Origin: an uncultured bacterium
Lineage (GTDB): Bacteria > Patescibacteriota > Minisyncoccia > Phycocordibacterales > PALSA-1337
Length of the DNA: 64,000 nt
Direction: 5' to 3'
NCBI GenBank assembly: GCA_963701025.1
Contig: OY969557.1
Coordinates: 640,090 to 704,089 of the forward strand
Shown: positions 59,322-64,000 of the stretch, in pieces
Layout of the letters: every line of letters begins with the position of its first letter
Position numbering within the stretch: position 1 is the first letter of the stretch
The notes under the pieces: model-generated
Seen by the model: the letters and a program-made list of their open reading frames with translations, nothing else
The model's database searches: none
What the model was told of the DNA's origin: nothing
Made by a program: the position numbers and the translations under genes

Positions 59322-60803
59322 TTGAATAACTTATTGCAGAGGATCAGCCCGACATCGAGCGGAACGGCTGGTGTCAAAGGTGGCTCTACTCAAAATCCTA
59401 TAAGTCTTGTTACGGACTTCGCCAACAAATTTGGTGGCCCGATCACTAAAACATTTGCCAAAATCATTACAGATTTACAACGAACATTCGAGGGCATTGC
59501 CAAAAATTTTGTTCCAAATATGACAAAAGGGGCGAGCAATAGTTTTGCTAAAAATCTTGTTGCCGATCTTACAGGTGGAGCGATAATGGCAAAAGTAATA
59601 AAAGGTAGAGAAGGTGGTCGAAAAGGGAGTTTAAAAGATATTTATAGTGAAATTTTTAAAGCAAAAGATTCATCAAAAGGAACAAAAGATTATTTATCTA
59701 ATCTTTTTAAAGCAAAAGAGCGGCCCAAGACTTATGCAGATGCTTTACAAAAAAGTATTTTTGATAGGCACACAGAGTTGACGTACAAAAGAATGCATAA
59801 ATTTGATTACCTAAGAAATAATGTTGGCAAGATTGGTAAATTCGCCTCAATGGGATTTGATCGAGCAAAGGATTTTTTACGTCCAGGTTTTGGAGCGGCT
59901 AATTCACTACTCGGGAAAGCGGGGTATGGATTGAAGGAGTTTGGGAAATTCTTTTATCAAGGACTTGAGCCAATCCCAGAAGAATCAAAAAATTTATTTC
60001 AACATTTTCGTAAACAAATTGGCCCTGTATGGAAATTTGGACAGCAAGGATTGAATGTCGCAAAAGGTTCAGTATCTCGAATGTTTGGCGGGGGCGGAGG
60101 TAGTGAGGCAGCGACAGAAGTAGCAGGCGGAGCAGGAGGAGGAATTGGAAGCGGAATTGGAGCGGCCGCAGGGGCAGGAGGAGGTGGAATTGGGGGTGGA
60201 GGTGGAGCCGCCGCAGGGGCAGGTGGAGGTGGAATCTTTGGGTTTGTCACTGCCCATCCAGTTGCAACGGCTACAGTGGCTGTTATTGCCACCTTTGCGG
60301 GACTTGTTAAAGTTGGACAAATGCTTATCGAGAGTCAAAGAAAAATTGCTGGGCTAAACGGGCAAACTGCTGCGGCTTTTGCTCAATATGACATACGAAC
60401 ATTACAAAGAAATATAATTTCGGCTGGGGCAACCTCTTCGACTACATCGGGCTTATTGGATGCAATGACCGATCTTCAAGATGAATTAAGACCTATTAAA
60501 GATGGAATAAATAATGTGGTAAATGTCTTGGAGATTGGTGTATTGAAATTACTAGAAGGAATTTTGAAAGGTATTAATTTCTTGACTTTGGGTAGTATCA
60601 GTGAGGAAGACCGCACTAGAAAGGTAGATTGGCTTAATAATCCTTTTGAAAGACCGTTTAAATTTTATGATCCTCGATCCAGTGGATTACAATGGCAGAC
60701 TACACCTCAAGGTACTGGATTTAGTGGATATAGAAGTAATGGCATAGGACCTCATGGCCCTCTTGGAGGATTTTTATTAATCTCATCTGGATTAAGAGTA
60801 TAG
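59322..60803 (+). CDS. tail tape-measure-like protein (Gly-rich segment plus hydrophobic helix)
   Basis: GGGGSEAATEVAGGAGGGIGSGIGAAAGAGGGGIGGGGGAAAGAGGGG followed by FGFVTAHPVATATVAVIATFAGL. Position fits, but at 493 aa it is shorter than usual. Confidence 0.5.
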   Translation: MNNLLQRISPTSSGTAGVKGGSTQNPISLVTDFANKFGGPITKTFAKIITDLQRTFEGIAKNFVPNMTKGASNSFAKNLVADLTGGAIMAKVIKGREGGRKGSLKDIYSEIFKAKDSSKGTKDYLSNLFKAKERPKTYADALQKSIFDRHTELTYKRMHKFDYLRNNVGKIGKFASMGFDRAKDFLRPGFGAANSLLGKAGYGLKEFGKFFYQGLEPIPEESKNLFQHFRKQIGPVWKFGQQGLNVAKGSVSRMFGGGGGSEAATEVAGGAGGGIGSGIGAAAGAGGGGIGGGGGAAAGAGGGGIFGFVTAHPVATATVAVIATFAGLVKVGQMLIESQRKIAGLNGQTAAAFAQYDIRTLQRNIISAGATSSTTSGLLDAMTDLQDELRPIKDGINNVVNVLEIGVLKLLEGILKGINFLTLGSISEEDRTRKVDWLNNPFERPFKFYDPRSSGLQWQTTPQGTGFSGYRSNGIGPHGPLGGFLLISSGLRV

Positions 60804-62764
60804 ATAGTATTATGGCATACCCAAGACAAAATTCAAACCAATATTATCCTTTTACCATTTACTATGGTGGAATCCAAATCCCTTATAATCAAAGTAATTT
60901 TTCTATGAACCAGTTTATGATGAGAATAATATAGATTTTGGACACAATCATATTACCATCACAGCGAATTGCATAATTAATCCAGAATTATTCTATACTC
61001 TTAATCCAGATGCTCTCTGGGGTAAACCAATGCAAGTGGGGCAGAATGATGGGACTTATGGTTGAGTAGTTCAAATCCATTAAATAATGCACAATATTTA
61101 CAAATTATAAACGATCTACTTAATCTTCCTAGACAAAGATTAATTTATACCGATGCAAAAGGTTTCCCAATTATCGATACTGGGGCAACCGATGAAAACA
61201 ATAGAAACCGATTGCAGAAATGGGCCGCTCGTAAAAGCTAATGCTTTTGAATTAGATGGATTAACAATAATTGCAAACATAAAAATTGAATGTTGGTTAA
61301 TCAAATGTTTATGCGGGTCTGATTATTCCGATGAAACTACAGAAACATCTCCTTCATTACTTTTGTCTAATCGTTGGTCTATGAAGCAAGATATTGACCA
61401 AGAAGGATTGAGTACCTATACGACAACTGGCTATATGATTTTTAGGACTGACATACAAAATATTTTTGGGTCTGATAATAAATTTCTCAATCCAATAGCA
61501 GGACAGGTCAGTTTAAATCCGGCTTTATTCAGAGGGCTGCCATCCCCTATAACATGGATTTACCCTAATTGTAACCGAATAGCCCAAAATTTTTCTGGAA
61601 GTCCTCAGAACGATGTTCCGATGCGACTGGCAAATTGTCGATAAAGAATTTTATCGTCCAGGAGTTAATGGTTTAACTACTTGGGACGGAACATGGGAAC
61701 AAAGTTGCAAGATAGTTGATGACGGGGGGAATGCTTCTGGTAGGGTCATAGGAGTATTCAGTGCCACAGGTAAAGGATCAACTGCAACATCTAAGCAAGA
61801 AATTTTTTCGACATTAATGACTTGCAGCCTTTTCTAGGATTACCCCCCAAGATATTTTAATGAATTGGAATGTTGTGGAAGGATTGAGAGACAATACAAT
61901 TCAAATTAAACTTCAAGTTCTGATGGTCCAAAGAACAGCAACCCCCGCATCGACATCTTCTTCTGCCAACGGGGCAACGGCGGGGGTAAATGCTGGGGCT
62001 GGTGGCTCAGTGATCACTGCCATCCAACAGCAATTTAAACCTGGACAAACTGCATTGTTTGATAATTTTAGATTAAGAATAATGGGACTTACTTCCTGAG
62101 ATGCTGGCAATCCACAAAATGCTTACGGGATTGGTGGTCAAGTATATCCTTTTGATTTGTCTCCACAATCAACTAATATTTCTTCCAACCCTACTCCTCA
62201 AAATAATTTGACAGTTGTTGGGCCATATAATAACCCGCATTATCGTTATACTAATATCCAAACAGTCAACAATATTCAAAATTTACCCCCTTTTGAAAGT
62301 AATGTACCCTTACTTTCTGTATTATTTGCTAATTACATCAATACTTCTCTAGCAAATAATTATTGTACTTCTAGTTCACAACAACCTGGGGCATCTCCAA
62401 TCAAATAAATACAAAAAATGGGGGAATTCAAGCCAATGCAGCCGCTATTCAAAATGCTTATCAGGCAACTTCCAATCAATATCCTGCTTACAATGTAGAT
62501 TCAGGAAGTGGGAGTAGTTCTACTAATTCTTCGCCTACAGGGAATGGGGGTGGTGCCCCAGTAGCACCTATTAATGTGGCAGGAATTATGCAATCAACTG
62601 CCCAAGCGATAGAAATAACATTTATCAAACTGGATTAGGGATAGCATCTGTAGCAATTGGTGTGTTCAACGCTATAAAGCAATTATTACCTATCGTAAGC
62701 ACTGATCTTTAGCCTCCAAGGTACACCGCGCACGATGTATGTGCATTACAAATTAGAATAGGAA

Positions 62765-63346
62765 ATGGTGGAGGACCACGGAATTCTTCAACTTCCTTTG
62801 ATGACAGATACTAATGGGGTTACTTGTGATTTTGTACAAGTAAGACAACCTGTAAGTAGAGTAAGAGTTTATTGGGAAGCGGCCCGAATGAATTATCCGC
62901 CCCAAGTTCCTGCCCCAGGAATTCCTCAAACCGCATATACCCAACTTGGAGGAAGAATCTTAATGCAGAATATAGAATTTATGCCTGATGGGCAAAATCG
63001 GGTGTTCTATATGAGTGGAGAATGGATATACGGAGTGAATTGCTATTTAAACCTCGGAAATAATCCTTTACAATTTCCGATGACTCCGTTAGATATTAAA
63101 GGTCTTAATGCTCCAAATAATAACACTAAAACAAGTCAAGCCCCAGGGGATAGTGCTCAAGGTGCTTTTATTGGTGAACTTTCCTGGTACAAATTTGTGG
63201 CAACCTTCAATTTGCACCCCGAATACAGGGACTGGTGGGCAATATGGGGGGAATTCGTCTTATGGATTAGGAAATGCGACATTAGCGGCTTTGTGGCCGA
63301 GCGGACCAATCACTTCAAATATTACCGCTGCACAAGCAAATCCTGA
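62765..63346 (+). CDS. hypothetical tail/baseplate-region protein
   Basis: 193 aa ORF in a region where neighbouring tail ORFs are fragmented (61153-62408). Confidence 0.3.
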   Translation: MVEDHGILQLPLMTDTNGVTCDFVQVRQPVSRVRVYWEAARMNYPPQVPAPGIPQTAYTQLGGRILMQNIEFMPDGQNRVFYMSGEWIYGVNCYLNLGNNPLQFPMTPLDIKGLNAPNNNTKTSQAPGDSAQGAFIGELSWYKFVATFNLHPEYRDWWAIWGEFVLWIRKCDISGFVAERTNHFKYYRCTSKS

Positions 63347-64000
63347 ATAAAAATATAAATGTTTTGGGGGTAAATCAAGGAAATGTGGTGGTTGCCCCAT
63401 CAGGTGTTGCCCAACAAAACGCAAATGGAACATTTACTTATACTCAAATACCATCCTTTGACGATTGATACATATAGTAAGGAAATAAATGATTAATTTT
63501 ACAAATTTATTCACAGGTTTAGGGCGTGTAGGATTTATGTTCAATTCCCAGAACGCCTACGCGGCTACCACTATTCCCACAAATACTGCAGCAATATTTT
63601 CTGATTTGTCTGGATACATTGCCCAACTTGGTACTCTTCAACAAGATTCAATCGCTTTACAAGGTTTTTCAAGATCATTCAATTCAAACGATATTCAACA
63701 AATTACCCAAAATGTGATCATACAGGTCGTGAATGCTGATGTCCCCCAAATCAATACGAGTTTATTTCCTGCTCTGGTAGAACTTATATCGCAAATGTCG
63801 GGAGATAGTCAAAGTATTCCATCAAATACGGTTTCTGCTTCTTATACCGCGAACGCAAACAACATTGGAACAGGACAAGTTGTAATCAGTTATAAAAATC
63901 AATTAGGTCAAGTTTATCAGATGCCATATGACGAGACGCTAACTCTCACCTGCACTTCTGATTCATATACTGGCGGTCAAACGGAGGGCAATGAATTATT

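Noticed and set aside
26500-64000. Stop-codon reassignment (alternative genetic code) as the explanation for the broken genes in the AT-rich half
   Set aside because: Broken genes are interrupted by TAA, TAG and TGA alike and often by frame changes rather than in-frame stops. Long uninterrupted ORFs (portal 475 aa, tape-measure-like 493 aa, HNH genes) exist under the standard code.

Overview
This 64 kb window joins two very different halves, and both show many genes split across reading frames.

**Bacterial-type half (1-26.5 kb)**
- The DNA is GC-rich and carries a type IV pilus pilM/N/O cluster, the GTPase typA, rplS, an RluA-family pseudouridine synthase, a Fic protein, HIT, a methyltransferase and hydrolases.
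- Six tRNA genes are present: Arg-TCT, Val-TAC, Leu-GAG, two copies of Arg-CCG, and His-GTG.
- Several low-GC islets interrupt it: a two-gene island at 4.4-5.8 kb, a HicBA pair followed by a membrane bPH_2 plus AlbA_2 protein, and a small protein followed by a large GHKL ATPase.
- A mobile-element patch sits between 10.4 and 14.3 kb, with a tandemly duplicated tRNA-Arg unit, a frameshifted large serine recombinase and an IS200/IS605 tnpA with its hairpin ends.
- A mosaic, hairpin-rich GC repeat family occurs in three copies, at about 10.83-11.10 kb, 13.65-14.30 kb and 23.01-23.40 kb.

**Phage-like half (26.5-64 kb)**
- The DNA is AT-rich and carries a decayed glycan-gene cluster (GT-A, GT9-like, RmlB-like) invaded by an HNH-AP2 endonuclease, followed by a phage replication and structural region.
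- That region encodes a family A DNA polymerase, a D5/SF3-like NTPase, a terminase remnant, portal, scaffold, DUF2190 and major capsid genes, a tape-measure-like protein, methyltransferases, a glycosyltransferase and at least six HNH-type endonuclease genes.
- No integrase or attachment site is visible, and the window ends inside the tail genes.

Several frameshifts sit at A5 homopolymers, so sequencing or assembly indel errors cannot be separated from genuine pseudogenisation. No CRISPR array was seen.

The most interesting candidates are the mosaic structured repeat family near the tRNAs and recombinase, the small-protein plus GHKL-ATPase islet, a duplicated structured 5' leader in front of two unrelated genes, and the repeated promoter, operator and leader elements and GC-rich ORF-poor patches inside the phage region.
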